Below, in pieces: positions 23,101 to 37,532 of a stretch of DNA of 64,000 bases. Origin of the DNA: Octopus sinensis (Eukaryota); NCBI RefSeq assembly GCF_006345805.1, contig NC_042997.1, forward strand, positions 68,572,001 through 68,636,000. Direction: 5' to 3'. Position 1 is the stretch's first letter, and every line of letters starts with the position of its first letter. Position numbers and translations under genes: made by a program. The notes under the pieces are model-generated. The model saw only the letters and a program-made list of their open reading frames with translations. It was not told the DNA's origin and made no database searches.

Positions 23101-26100
23101 GATAGTCTTTGAAAAGTCTGTAATATCTCGTACCTTCTTCATCTTCATTGTCGTCATCATGCTTGTACTTAGCATGGTATTTCTCTCGGATATTTGCTGG
23201 GGGTTCCTCATTAAATTTTTGGTAACTCTTTCTGGTGTTGCACATCTCATCATCCGCTACAATCGTTTGAAAATCTTTTTCGGTTGGTATCATCTTCTCC
23301 TACTCAGTAGACGATGGGCTAGTGGTTCCAATTATGGCATGAAATGAGGTGTCATATTGTTGGTTTGTAGGAAAGAGTAACTGTGATCCGTAGTGTCCCG
23401 TAGACAAATATCTGTTGTTCATGTTACCTCGTTTTTTCTACGCTGGGCAAATCTACAATTCCAGTACCTTCATTTGTTCCCGATCGACATGGACTGATAT
23501 CCGAATACAACGATCTGCAACGGCTATCACCAAAAGTTTGGATGGGATAAGCCGGCTTGGATGTCCTTGGCGAGACGCAGATAGTTAATTTTTTTTTCTT
23601 GTCATGTACCTCTGTAATTGACTGTGGAAATATGGTCATACTTCAATGTACACAATATTACCAAACTTTCGATATGCAAAATCTTTCGAACCAAAAGATT
23701 TTATGTTCGAATTTTGCTGCCCGTGTATACGCCCAAAACGATACATGTCTGCATCTTGCTGTTGGCAAGATATTTACAGGCCTGTGTTTTGTTTTAGTCA
23801 ATGTTTTGCATTGCAGTTCTGCTTTTATTTGTTTTCTCTGCATGAAATCTTTTTATCTGGTGGATTTTCAGTTCCCTTTTTGTGTGAGTGGTGTGAAATA
23901 TTCATGGCCACTTCTCTTATTTTTCTTTTGCTATCTCGTATACATGAAGACACCAAAATATTGGAAATTATCGTTATGCGACTATTTTTGGTTTAAAGTA
24001 TTATTTCAAGCTAGTAAAATGTTTTCATATGTCCGCCAATAAAAGGAATACCACGAAACGAAGATAAATATATCTGTATTTCAATTCTCTTTATATATTA
24101 TATCAAGTGATATAGCAGTGCCAGTTGAAAATTGGGGGTCAATCAAAGGAGTATCGATAACAGTCATTCTCAGTGAACGTTTGATAGTAATTATAACCTG
24201 AACTGATTGTGATAGAATTCATTGAAAGGAACTTTTTTGTAACTGCTTCACTTAGGCTCAATAACCGTAGAGAGATTCGAAATTAAAGTAGCTCTACAAT
24301 AAAATGAGATACTTATTAATTTTAATGCGATTTCGTTGATTCTGAATAGAACATACTTAGAAGTAGAGAATTCAGCCCAACGAATTTTAAGGGATCTGTT
24401 CGTATAACCATTTAAGTCGGTAATGTATATAGATCCTCGATATATAAAATATTAGAAAGCTGTGGCTCTATAAAGATTCAAACAAACACTGATTGTCCTA
24501 TTGTTATTTATAAAGCCGAAAGTGAAGAATGTAATACCCAAGGCTGATACAAAAGTTTTCCTAAGTTTACACAGAACTCGTTTTGCAGGGTTTCACTTAA
24601 GCACAGTCGTGGTCCGGATTGTTTTTAAATTGATTTCCCTATATTTTTACGGGTACTTCTTTCTTCGTTTGTTCTTCGTTTATTTTTCTATAATTTTGAT
24701 TTCATTTAACTTCTGTCATAGTAAGTTAGTTAGTACTTAAGTTATATTTGATATATTTATGACTTATTTTTGGTTAAATATTTTTTTAGAATCAAAGCTA
24801 CAAAGGCAAAACAAAAAAGACAGTTCATTTCTCTAGATATGAAAACTAATTCAATAAATCGCCTTGAAAAGGAAAAGTGCTCAACAAAGATGCTATATAG
24901 ACAAATGTAATAGGATATAATCAAAACAGCTCTTTGAAGAATTAAATGACTTAAAGAAATAATCAAATAATCGTTTAAAATCCGCAAACTACGCATATAG
25001 TAATATTATAGACACATTGGGAAAATATCCCTATTAATTTGGGTAGAAGATAAACTCCACTAAAAAAATGTTTTATGGGTAGTTTGATAAAATCATTACA
25101 TCTGAATAATATTACGGTGGCTGTGTTTTGCTTTTAGTTTAGAGTATCAATGTTTTACAACCTGGAGTTAGAAACATATTTCATATATATGGTTACAAAA
25201 TGTAACTAGGGTAAAAAAAAAACATGTCTACCACCGCATAGTATTTTTGCATTCTGTTTTGAAAAATCAACATCGTTCATAAATAAAATAGAATATACAG
25301 GTTTGAATTGATGATAAATAATGAAGATGACGATGCTATGACACAAATTCTCTAGATTATATTTTTTAAGTCAAGAGCAATGAGAACAATCAGCATTAAT
25401 AGGAATTGAACAGCTAGAACGACTAAATTTATCATTTTAGGTCAACGCTATATTGTGTTTGACTACAGATTTAGCATGTATGTGTTTTGAAAATATGTTT
25501 GACCTTAAGATGTTTGCTTGGGACCGCATTTTGAAAGATTTCTCTTGTTCAGATTTAAATATATCAAAATTAGTATATCCCTACACCACAGAGAAGTATA
25601 TAGAAATATTTTAATAACTCTAATTAGGGCAAAGAATCTCTTTCAAAGTCATATTTTATGTGTGATGACAAAATAGGACTATAAGAAAGAAGACTGAGGC
25701 ACGAATTGATGCAAATTTCCTTAAGATTTGCGGAACATTGCATTATTTATAATTTGCTTCTATCTGTGGCAATAGAAAACACTCATTAAAATTAATGAAC
25801 ACTCAGATACCTTTAATTCATAATTTCAATTAACGAAAGGAAAATGTTAGCTTTCTAATTGCTCTCGAACTATTTTCTTAAGCACACACGCACGCACACA
25901 CGCACGCACACACGCACGCACACACGCATAGACACATACACATACATACACGCATACACAAACACACACATACATGTGTCTTTTGGACACTTTTATTCAA
26001 GCAGAATGGATAACGTAGTTATTCAGCTTCACGTACAAAAAGATACTCACTCAAGCTTGAAACAATACAGTGAATCTAAAATATGGCATGCGAAAACACA

Positions 26101-26259
26101 TTGATCCTCACACACAGACTTAATCAATTAAAACGTAAAAGAAGTATAATCAAAATGCAGCATAATGCTGTCCTTTGTGGCCTTCAGCTTGTCTCCTGGT
26201 CTCTGAAATCGTTTTATTCAGTTTTAACTTAGTCTCTAACTCGGAAACAGTAGCGAGGA

Positions 26260-27070
26260 TTTTAGAGGTCCGCAAAAGTAAAATCATTCACTATCTGTAT
26301 GGATGACCTTAAACTATATGCTAAGGGGTTGCAAGAAATTTTAACAACGGCAAAGGAGTTTAGAAATGATATAGGAATGGAATTTGAACTTGGTAAAAGT
26401 GTAAAAGCAACTTTCAAGTCGGAAAAACTCACTACAACGTCATTCATTTCACTTGATTTAGACTGCTATACAAGAAATGGGACTTGAGAACACTTATAAA
26501 TATTTAAGTAGAAAGGGGTGTGACAGACTCTAATATACTCAAATGAAGGAAAAGATCCGAAAAAAGCTATTACAGAAGAAAAATAAACGGTCTTGTAAAC
26601 TCAGCTCAAATCTAAAAGTCGTAGCGTAGTGCAATATGGTTTCAATATCATCAACTGGAACCTAACTAACATGCAGAGAATGAATGAAATAATATGAAAC
26701 TTCTTACCACAACAAAATACACTACCGTAACGCGGACATCGACTGTTTTTACCAGAGGAGAAAATTATTCAATAAAACAGCGTCGATTACCCATCAAACA
26801 TATTTTTAAACAAGAAGAAACTTCATAAAAGAAGCAAAGAAATACAGAATAGGATTTAGAATCAATAGCATAGAAACTTCCAGTGAGGCTGGCCATAGAG
26901 TTAAAGACAGGAAGCCTTAAAACACTGACTCCGGTGGAGATTGGATCACTGGGATGCATATCGGACACTTTCAGAGACTGCGTAAGTAAAATCGGAATTG
27001 ATGCGTAGTGACAAGTCTTACTTGAAGACAAGGCTTTTTGGTACAGAAGATATTTTAAGGAAAGTCTTGT
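26260..27070 (+). mobile_element. R4/Dong-like non-LTR retrotransposon remnant 1 (RT plus RLE C-terminus, internally deleted)
   Basis: MDDLKLYAK..NDIGMEFELGK, TYKYL, YGFNIINW; C-terminal TPVEIGSLG..ILRKVL at ~26925-27070. Confidence 0.75.
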
Positions 27071-27189
27071 TTGGAGCCTTGCCAATTTCTTGTTGACTGC
27101 TCCCTTACGGAACTGTTCGGACCGTTCAAAATCTTAGCGTCAGTTATTTTGTTCGCATAAATGAAACATACCAGGCGGTGCGGTTTTCT

Positions 27190-28600
27190 TCAATGGTATT
27201 AAGATGGCGTTTGAGGTTTCAAAATGTGCTACGCTGGTGATGAGACGAGGAAACCTTGTCAGAACAGAAAGCATAGGTTTGCCAAGTGGTGAAATGATGA
27301 AGGCAATTCAATCTCAATTTAGCTATAAATATCTGTGAATACTTGACGCAGATGGAATTAAATATAACGACATGGAAGAAAAGAGAGTACCTGGGACGAG
27401 TGAGGAAAATACTGGCTTCAAAGCTGAATACCAGAAAACTAATTTCGGCAATCAACTTGAGCGCAGTCACAGTAATTCGGTATGGTACTGGAATCATGAA
27501 GTGGACAGAGGAGGAGCTAAAGGAGATGGACAGGGAGACAAGAAAGCTTATAACGATGCATGAAGCCCTTCATCCACATCCAAATACTGATCGCCTGTAC
27601 ATGAAGAGAGCAACTGGAGGAAGAGAACTGATAAGTGTGAAAGGCTGTGTACATATCGTACTCGAGAGCTTAATGAAAATACCTGGCCTAAAGTAAGGAA
27701 ACCTTGCTACTGTCAGTTAGGAATGAGGGAGTATTGACAGCAGAGCAAAAAGGAAAACTAAGGAAAAAGTAAAAAAAAAAGGACACGAAGAAGAATTACG
27801 CAATCAAGGGACTACATAATCAATTCCATGTAGCCACAACAGAAGTTGCTGGAAAATAGGTGGGATTGGCTCCAGGAACAAAACCAAAAGAGACCTATAG
27901 CACGATACTGGCCACGAATTGGAGGTTCAACCGCTGTGCTGCATAATAGAGAGGGTGAAACCATTGCCCACATCACAAATGAATGCCCTAAACTGGCCCA
28001 AAACCACTACAAGCTGTGGCACTACAAGTTGATCATGTAGTGAAAGTTCTACATTGGAAACTGTGCGAAAAGTGGGGCTAGAGATAGGCAAGAAATGGTA
28101 TGGGTACAAACCATAGAGAGTGGCGGAGTCGCAGACTAGCAAAATCCTCTGGGACTTCCTAATCCAAACAGATCAGGTGCTAGAGTATAACAGACCGGAC
28201 TTAGTTGTGGTCGATAAGATGCACCACATGTGCTACATAGTTGATTTTGCATGCCCCTTTGACCCACAAGTAGTTAAGAAAGAAGGCGAGAAAATAGATA
28301 AATATAACCCTCTTAAGTACGAAATAACCCGGCTAGGGAAAATGAAGATGGTGAAGATAGTGCCAATTATTGTTCGTTTTTTGAGGGCAGTATCAGAAGG
28401 TATCAAGAGGAATATAAAAAAAACTGGAATAGCGTGCCCAGTAGAACTGTTACAAAAGGTTTGCCTCCTTGGAACGGCCAGAATAATCAGGAAAGTATTA
28501 GATAACTGAAAAGAACGGATAGTATAGTACCGTAGAATGCAGGTAGTAAGTCCAACACGCAATCAAGACACCTGGAATTCCAACAAAACTTGTGATAAAA
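27190..28600 (+). mobile_element. R4/Dong-like non-LTR retrotransposon remnant 2 (RT thumb, CCHC region, restriction-like endonuclease)
   Basis: RVRKILASKLNTRKLISAIN..IRYGTGIMKWTEEELKEMDRETRKL..DRLYMKRATGGR; ETIAHITNECPKLAQ; ILWDFLIQTD..NRPDLVVVD..IVDFACPFD..EKIDKY..LLQKVCLLGTARIIRKVL (PD..D-type RLE). Frameshifted. Confidence 0.92.
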
Positions 28601-29699
28601 AAAAATCGTAACAGTTACTAATATAGGCAAAAAACCAACATGTTTTAGGGTTTGTTTTGAGACGATATCAACGACTAAAATAATATGATTAATTTTTACA
28701 GACTTTGACAGGATGGAAGGCAAAGATGACCTCAATTACATTTGAAGTTATAGGAAAAAGAACGGCTAGGGATACCACTAGGATTTTTTTATTCAGAATT
28801 GTATCAACACTGCCAATTCACAGTTAAAACTGCAACTGTTGCTGCTGCTAAAAATAGCACAATAACAACAACTATTACTACTACTACTAGAAGAAGAAGA
28901 ATTGTTTCCTAACATAAGCAATATGCATAAAAGGTGTGATGGTTGTAGTTAATTATATAGACTTCAGTATGTATACAACCACTAATCAAAAACATTATAC
29001 ACCAAATTACATAATCCATAACTATCACGGTAGCAGCAGCAACTCATAAAGTTGCGTTTATACAGCTTTCCTGATATAATATATCACATCCCGTATACTG
29101 CGTGCTCCATAGCATGTGTAAATATGTTAATGAAGCACATTGATATAGAGCCCACCGAACTAAAGAAAAAATTCTACCCATATAGTAAATCCTATCTCTC
29201 AGATCAAAGATAAAAAGATATATGTGGCTTGAATTTTATCTTTTAAAAATTGGGAACATTAGAATATGTCGAACAATGAACCGGCTGGTGCAGAAAAAAA
29301 TATACTGGCATTCGAAAAAACTGGAAAATTAGAATAAGCAACGGGACGTAACTTCTCATGAGCTGCAATTAAAATGCAACAACAAAAGTACTCTTCTGTT
29401 CTACATGTATATACTACAGTTAAAATTCACGTTTTAGACTACAATAATAATTTTGTATTCAAACTTGAGAGATACTAACCTTGTATAAACGTCATGTCTG
29501 ATAAAAACAGAATTGTGAATTCAAGACGATATATTCTTAGAAAAAAGAAAATATACCTGAATATCAATATCACGAGGAGACACGATATAATATATACAGT
29601 AAATATAGTAGATGTAGTTGTTACAAAGTAGATTACTCACACAGATCTTCTCATAGAACAATATAAAAAACCAAGTGCATGTAAAGTAAGAGCAAAACG

Positions 29700-30514
29700 T
29701 TGTAAAGCCAAATACAATCCACTGAATAAGTTCTACAAATTACATACCCGTAACCAACATTCCTACAGCTTAGACTGTCTTAACTGCAATAATATTGCAA
29801 AAGTAAATAGGTATCTATAAAATAACCAATTTACAGAAGGAGAGTGGGGCTGCTTCAAAGATTCATATTGCTGCAAATTTCAATTAATGATCAATAAAGC
29901 CTAACCGAAGCGTGTAAAATGAGAAATATGTATATGGAAATGGCATGAATTGGATACTAGCAGACCTCTGATATCATGCCCTATATGTACATCATAGATA
30001 TATTGGTCAAGTGTAAGGTAATAAAAATGACATACAATGTTAAACATATTATCAGTGAATAGAAAACGATTCTCGAGATACAGACAAAAGGGGTAATAAC
30101 AATAAAAAATTCCATTCTGTATCAGAAGATGATTATTCGAAGAGAAGCTACTCTTCTTTCTATTCTAGCTTTAGTACGTTTAAGCAGTACGTTAAATAAA
30201 AAAAATGCTATGAGAAGACAATTAACAATCGTATATGTATTTACAACTAAGTTGTACGTTGCAATTGATAAACAACAAAAGCACTGTTACAGATTTACTC
30301 CGAGAATTGATATAAAATTCGAAATAGGAAAATACGCTAAGGCAAACTTGGGGAGACATAAGTGAATTAGACTAACAAATACTTAGAAATCCATGACAAG
30401 ACAAACTAAAATGTTCACGGATGAAAGAAATTTTGGGTGGGCAATATTTAGACATATTTGATTAAATGCAAAAAATAGGGTAATAGGTATTAATACTCTA
30501 GCTGGCACGTAAGA

Positions 30515-30555
<41 letters not shown>

Positions 30556-30850
30556 AATAATGATACTTTTAAAAAACGGTTAAATAAAGAATTAAAATTA
30601 GAATACACCACCAAATATTCTGTATTTGTCAAGACTATAGATTGGTGCAGAATACACCTTTGGTTGAACAGACCATGCTTTTGTGATCTGTATGGTTAAC
30701 CTCGACGGGAAATATAAACAAGGACCTCGAAATTGTTATTTGCTATGCTGAAACATATGGTGATCGGATTACCGAGCTACTCAGAAAGAATTAACGAGGT
30801 GTAGTTACTAATATATGGTAGTGCTCTTGTAAATGAAATTTTGACGAGCG
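29700..30850 (+). mobile_element. heavily degraded R4-like non-LTR remnant 3
   Basis: GCFKDSYCCKFQLMINK (~29848-29897) resembles GCxKGSxGCKDQLLINK, and IDIKFEIGKYAK resembles DIGMEFGLDKCA. Very decayed. Confidence 0.55.
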
Positions 30851-31149
30851 TTCATGCGTGAGGAAGTTGCAGTAGGAAACATTGAGCAATGTGGCGAGTT
30901 AATAACTAATTCAGAAGACTTTTAAAAATGACATCTCAGCCAAAATGGTAACTGTGCAATTGCATATCACAATTTTTTTGTTTCTCCATCGCAGGTGCTT
31001 AAGCACTAAAACCGTTCAATGAGCCCATATTAGCTATTGACAGTCTACCAAGGATGTGTAATAAATAATCCCAAGAGTATGAGAGTCACTCTTCAGTAAT
31101 ATATTTTTGTGGAGTATCACAGTTTGCGTCAAAACGTTGCGGAAGATGT

Positions 31150-31900
31150 TGAATGGCGAGCTGTATGTTAGACTGAGTGATAAGTGTGTAATTTGTCTTG
31201 GATGGGTTTTCCTTATAAACTTTATCGCTGCATGCTAGACATGTTCACACCTGACTTGACAGGCATCTCGGAACTAGTAACAGTCTAGGAGAATTCTGAT
31301 TCGAGAACGGGTAGTAATGAAGCTGCAGAGTATGATAAGAATTGCGAAGATGGTTACGGACAAATTCAAACCTAAAATTCGATTAAACATACGTTAAAGA
31401 TTTAGACCAAGGAGCTCGCAAAGGCATCGTGGCTTATCACTTATGTCGTCGTTGAGACCGTACACCCCACTGAATAATCTTGCCTAAAGCTATCTCCGCC
31501 AATCTCTATACCGTACTTGTATAATAAAGCTATGTTTGCTTCCAAATTTTGTTTGCGTAGAGCAGAAATGAATTTGGAACAAAATAAATATATAATGCAG
31601 TCAAACATTTGTAGCAGGAAGAAGCGCTGCGTGTGGACGGTCTGAAGGGCTATATTGTGCAATAAGAATAGCTGTTCACTGTGGCAGTAAAATACTGTTT
31701 AGTATCATGTATTGGGTTAGTCAAGACATTCCGTGTCATCGCCTCTTGACATAACCACGGATACTGCTGGAGTCATTTTCTTTCAGTCATTTGTCAATAT
31801 GACACGAATGGAAGCTTTTGTTGTTCTTGTTTTTCCCGAGGACATTAAATTTGTATGTCTTACTTGTGAGATGTTTACAGGCTAGAATTATAATCAAGTA
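31150..31900 (+). mobile_element. possible ancient hAT (Buster/Charlie-like) transposase relic
   Basis: Collinear weak motifs KCVIC, ELAKASWLITY and LDITTDTAG resemble PQCVIC, ALEASYLVSY and LDESTDVAG. No TIRs seen. Confidence 0.35.
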
Positions 31901-32435
31901 ACGATAACCACATTGCAGCTACACGTTATTCGAAAACAACATATTGCATTTGTTCTTAATATTTCTTTATATTTTACAAAGCGATGTTTTAGTTTTTTTA
32001 AATTCTCATCGTCAAGAACGTGGATTTGAAATAATACACCAAAATATTCAAGTTTCATTAATGATTAATTTTACGAAGTTAATTTTATCCGCTCACCTTG
32101 CTGGCAAATATCGTGTTACACAGAGATACAGACAGAAAGGTTGGTGATTACACACGCAGACAAAGACACTCAAACGCAAACACACAATGAAAAAACAAGC
32201 GAACTTACACACAAGCGAAAGACATTTTTTAAATGTGGAAAATTAGTGTTTGAACTACCAATAAAAGTAATTAGGATGCTTGTTGACAAAATGCAAGTTC
32301 ATTTTCTGTATAATTAAGTCTAAATCATAAAGCCTGAAATGAAAGGATCGCATTCTTACTAAATGATATAGAACATCATTAATGATATTTGCACATTAAG
32401 TGACTCGCGCACACACAAACAAATATACACACGCA

Positions 32436-32496
<61 letters not shown>

Positions 32497-32500
<4 letters not shown>

Positions 32501-32713
32501 TTTACTACCCACAAGGGGCTAAACACAGAGGGGACAAACAAGGACAGACAAAGGGATTACGTCGACTACATCGACCCCAGTGCGTAACTGGTACTTAATT
32601 TATCGACCCCGAAAGGATGAAAGGCAAAGTCGACCTCGGCGGAATTTGAACTCGGAACGTAACGACAGACGAATTTCGCCCGGCGTGCTAACGTTTCTAC
32701 CAGCTCGCCGCCT
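32497..32713 (-). mobile_element. young family A SINE monomer within (TA)n
   Basis: Near-consensus match to the 5' monomer of 1071-1470, flanked by TA tracts. Confidence 0.88.
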
Positions 32714-34184
32714 TATATATATATATATATGTATGTATATGTGTGTGTGTGTGTGTATATGTATCTGCATATGCATATATCTCTTGGAGAAAGAAGCACA
32801 TAGAATCTCAACTTCACTGTTTTTCATCTTACGCTATAGCAACTCTGAAGGCGCAGTTAAAAACTGACGGTGTATGTGAATACTGGAGGTGGGTGTTTGC
32901 AGGAACCATTATTGGGTGCTGCATTCTACTGGAAAAGTGGGTTAATATATTTATAACCATGATTTATATATAACAAATATGATCTTTATTAACAGAATGC
33001 CACTTTTAATTTCTCTATTGGTAGATGATATTTTGTTTGGTGGCCGCATACAATTTCATTTTCTTCTTAGTTTTGCACAGCTTATTTGTTATTTCGGAAT
33101 ATATTTTGGAGCAAATACAAATTTTAGTAAAACAATTGATTGTTGTTCTTTATTTGTTGATTCGAAGTTTGCTGTTTTTGTTCTTAAATTAAATAGCAAC
33201 ATTATAAAGAATCTGATATAATTATTCTCATAACTTAAACGGCAACAGCAAAAACATCAGCACAATAATCAGCAACAGCACAAAATAATTGATAGTTATA
33301 CAAAAAATATGCGCATGACAAACAAGTTGGCCATATGACAACGGACATTTCTTTTCCGTGTCATAAGATATCGTTTGACAAAATCAATGTCACACGCTAT
33401 TAACGATGATCGTCATCATGAGATTTCTTATTTATCAAATTTTCAGAGAGAGGACAAATTTAAACCGATGAAAACCACTTAAATATTATCAAAGACTAGT
33501 AGTCTACCACAAAAATTAATACCATTATAAACTAACTTCCTAGGAAATGAATAATTTAAATTTGTAACCAAGAAGATTAAATGATAGACTAGGAATGTGT
33601 TATTATATAATAATAGCTAGAAACATTGCTATGAAATCAGAGCCATAACTAGCGAATATGAAGGATCTACACATATTACGTTAAAGATATCCGTTAGGTT
33701 ATTTCCGTTCATTAATGATTATTGTTTTTATTGAATTGTTCCGTTCTCCATTACAATCCTAAAAGCACAAAATGTTTTTCAACACATCTTTGAATTTTAT
33801 GTTAATAATAATAATGATTAATATTCATCGTAACAATGTAATTGCATTCTCTTAAATAATGTAGTAAAGTATTCCTAGTTAAATCAATGACTGTAAAGAG
33901 ATTGATTTAATTTTTCATCAACAACAACTCTAAAAACACCAAATGTTTTTCTATATCGTGTAAATGAGAGATATTAAGTATAGTAAATTTCCAGTAAACA
34001 TTACAGCGTAAAGTTTATAAGAATCATTTTGTCCTTTTGTTCATTTCCAAATAATCTCGAGGTATTTATTTTTACTAGCCATCCCATAATTAATCTAAAT
34101 ATATAATGTAATAATTTATTCATGTTTACATATTTAAACAGGAAACAGGCTTTAGTTAAACTGACTAAGCTTTTAACATTGCTC

Positions 34185-34383
34185 TCAAATTTTGGCATAA
34201 GGCCAGCACATTTGGGGGACGGATAACATCAATCCCAGTGGTAAACCGGTACTAAATTTATCGACTCCAAAAGGATGAAAGGCAAATCAGTTTCGGTGGA
34301 ATTTGAACTCAGAACTTAAAGGTGGATGAAAGTCCGCTAAGCATTTTGCTTGGCGTGGTAACGATTCTGCCAGTTCCCCGCCT
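34185..34383 (-). mobile_element. family A SINE monomer
   Basis: Head, core and tail motifs present. Confidence 0.8.
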
Positions 34384-35161
34384 TACTAGTCTTTTAACAT
34401 TACTTTACTTTTGTTACTAAATAATAATATTTTTTATTCTATAATAATATCAATATTCTGGTTATCCCCCAAAAGTGAAGAAGATAAGTGCTGGGAACAC
34501 TAATGAAAATAGTTATTTAGGGTTTGGAATTGTTGCAACTATTAATAGTGGACAGTTATCATGTATTCATAATAAGAAAAACTTAAACGATGGAACGAAC
34601 CTACAAAGAACGATTAACTATTTAATAACAAGATATACGGAAAATGTAAAAATGGACGTAAGCTGCTTCCAAGATTCAAAAAAATTTACAAACAAAATCT
34701 CAATTGATGAGTTTATGGTAAACAATTAATCAACTATACAAAAAGAATTTTACAAAATATCAAAATCTGTCCACAAAATTCCAAAATCTGTCTGCAAACG
34801 TGGAAATCTTAACGTTGTGAAAACATGTTTTAACGTACAAATATTAATTATATATACTATGAAAGGCTCCCGTCAAGTTTATATAATGTGTCTAAGTCCA
34901 AACTTTGACTATATCGAGAATTTTCTGATTAGATGTATTATTTTCAAAGTTTGGAAATATTGGGGGCTAAAACTTTTTTCTGCTGGCACTTGATAACATC
35001 ACGATGCCAAATTTTGTTCCATTTCAAGAGAAGTCGTTATTAGTTACTTTTGAAATCTTCTTTCAATAGTAAAATGCCTTATTGGGCACAGCTCATGTCT
35101 TACTCGGAACATTTTCAATTCAAAGTGTTGTTGTATTTTTCGTATGATGGAACTTGCTTTT

Positions 35162-35211
<50 letters not shown>

Positions 35212-35806
35212 GTAAGTCTGTATGCATATGTGAGTGTTTGTATGCACATATGCATAGTGTTAGACAGAGAGAAAGAGCGCAATGACTGAGTGAGAGAGCG
35301 AAGGAAATTCAACGCATAATATAATAAACGTGCAACGATAGTCGTAGTCGCATATGACAGATAAACTGCAATGGTTTCTTCAGTTAGACATGAATCCTAG
35401 TAAATATAGATGTGATAACGAAAGGCATTTCGATTTCATAACTTTTCAAAATACTTGGTAGCATATATGAATGGAGACACATTTAACAGTGTAGAGAAAT
35501 TCGCGACATTCTAAATCACAATACGTAAAGATAATTTTTAATACTAAATAAATGAAGAAATAAAACAAAATCTTAAGAGATGCTAGAAAACATTTTAGAT
35601 AATTTTCCGTGTTGTTTACTTGTGTAAAAGGGAACCAGTATTATAGTATTATAAAGTCATAGTTGACAAAATTCATTGTAAATTTGTTGCCTAATTATAT
35701 ATGACCGTTGGCACATAAATTAAGATTAATGCCGAATTTCACTGTGACATACTATAACATAAAATAGCATACCATTGCATACCAACATACATACATATTT
35801 GTGTGG

Positions 35807-35880
<74 letters not shown>

Positions 35881-35944
35881 ATATGATATATATGTATATA
35901 TATATGTGATATATATGTATATATGTATGTATGTATGTATATAT

Positions 35945-35985
<41 letters not shown>

Positions 35986-36002
35986 TACATACATATATAT
36001 TA

Positions 36003-36265
36003 CCTGATCACTTCACCGACCAGACTTTCAGATGGTGTTACACATCGCAGCTCACTTGGAATTTTGCATCGTCTTAGCCGTCAAATGACATCACACTTTT
36101 GGCTAGGTGAGCAGGACAACATTCACGCTTGATAGAAAGGAGGATTGGAGCAACATAAATTGAAATATTTTGCTCAAGAAATCATCACACCGCTCGGTCT
36201 GGGAATGGAACCCATAATCTAGTAACCACGAGTGCAACGGCCTAACCACAAGGCCATATACCGTC
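36003..36265 (-). mobile_element. tRNA-derived SINE related to family C head
   Basis: Minus-strand ATGGCCTTGTGGTTAGG..GGGTTCCATTCCCAGAC..CTTGAGCAA resembles the head at 3330. Confidence 0.65.
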
Positions 36266-36358
36266 AGACACACATATGTATATATATAAACTCAGGGTAA
36301 CAGATTTTGTTGAATTTTCTGCTGCTTTAAATAAAGTATATATATATATATTATATAT

Positions 36359-36407
<49 letters not shown>

Positions 36408-36409
<2 letters not shown>

Positions 36410-36592
36410 AGCGATTTTTTCCCCTGTCTTCCTTTCTCGGGATCTTTCCTTCTCCTATGTTTCCGACGAAGAGCTCCGCTCGAAACGTCAAACCCTCCTT
36501 CTTCCCTTCTTTCCTGAGCGTCCAATAATACTTCATTTGTTCCACGTCCTTGCGTTGTTGTTTTCTTGTTTTTGTTTTCTTGTTTGGATTAA

Positions 36593-36595
<3 letters not shown>
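36408..36595 (+). mobile_element. ~190 bp (TA)n-embedded element with minimal hammerhead, copy 1
   Basis: Closely similar to 54493-54673; both copies are flanked by TA/TG tracts. Confidence 0.8.
36459..36493 (+). ncRNA. minimal type I hammerhead-like motif (CCGACGA core variant)
   Basis: GUUU-CCGACGA-A-GAGC(UCC)GCUC-GAAA-CG-UC-AAAC: stem I GUUU/AAAC, stem II GAGC/GCUC, palindromic ACGU in place of stem III. Confidence 0.65.
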
Positions 36596-36628
<33 letters not shown>

Positions 36629-37214
36629 TACATATATATATATGTATGTATATATATATATAAATATATATATGCATATATATGTGTGTTGTATTTATTT
36701 GAAATGGAACTTTTAAGAGTTATACGTTCTGCTTACGATTTAAGGAATTTGGAGTTGGTATACACAATGCAGGAAGCATTACAGAGCTATTCAGGAATGA
36801 CAATCCAGTGTGCAATTGTAGCAATAGTAAACACAAGTTTTATTTTAAGTGTTTAGGGCGGATGAAGTTATATCCTAACCCAATCAACAACTGCTCAGGC
36901 CTCGCATTACATTACAAATTAATGAAATAATCTGAAAATTTGATAGAGGTAGTTGTAGGAAAATAATATTGTTTAAGATATATTTCACAAACTCCCACTG
37001 CATGAAATATCATTATGTATTACGTAATAGATTTTACAGTTGACCACAAACAATTTTGAAGCAAGGCACCAAATAAAGCGTTATGCTTTACGTAATCTGA
37101 CGTGCTATATGCACTCTGTTGCGTTGCTCATATCACATCTGTATTGTAGAAAATGAAGGAAGACAACTGCGATGTTCTTAGCGTTTCATAAAGTAATTAA
37201 TCTCGAGCGAAAGC

Positions 37215-37390
37215 ATCCAGCTAGCAAACTTGTTTTCATGCTGCACAAAATGTTTAGCGGCATTCCTTCCGGTTTTACGTTTCGAATTCAACGTCGAGTT
37301 TGTATTTCATCCTTTTCAGGGTCAATAAAATAAAATACCAGTCAAATATCGGTATCGATGTAATCCCCACGAAATTTCAAGCCTGTAGTG
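37215..37390 (+). mobile_element. degraded family A SINE
   Basis: TTTCATCCTTTTCAGGGTCAATAAAATAAAATACCAG core. Confidence 0.6.
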
Positions 37391-37532
37391 CCTTATTAAT
37401 TTCAAGCAACATCGAGGTCAACTGTTAGCCTTTCGGGGCCCAAAAGACAACCAGGCAGAATCGTTTGAGCATAGGACAAAGTTCCTAACCATACTTCTTC
37501 CGGCAATTTGTTTTCCGAATTCACTTATATAT

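Noticed and set aside
34475-34729. ORF faintly like a Buster/ZBED hAT N-terminus (ENSYLGFG)
   Set aside because: One short motif; the key Cys/His residues are absent.
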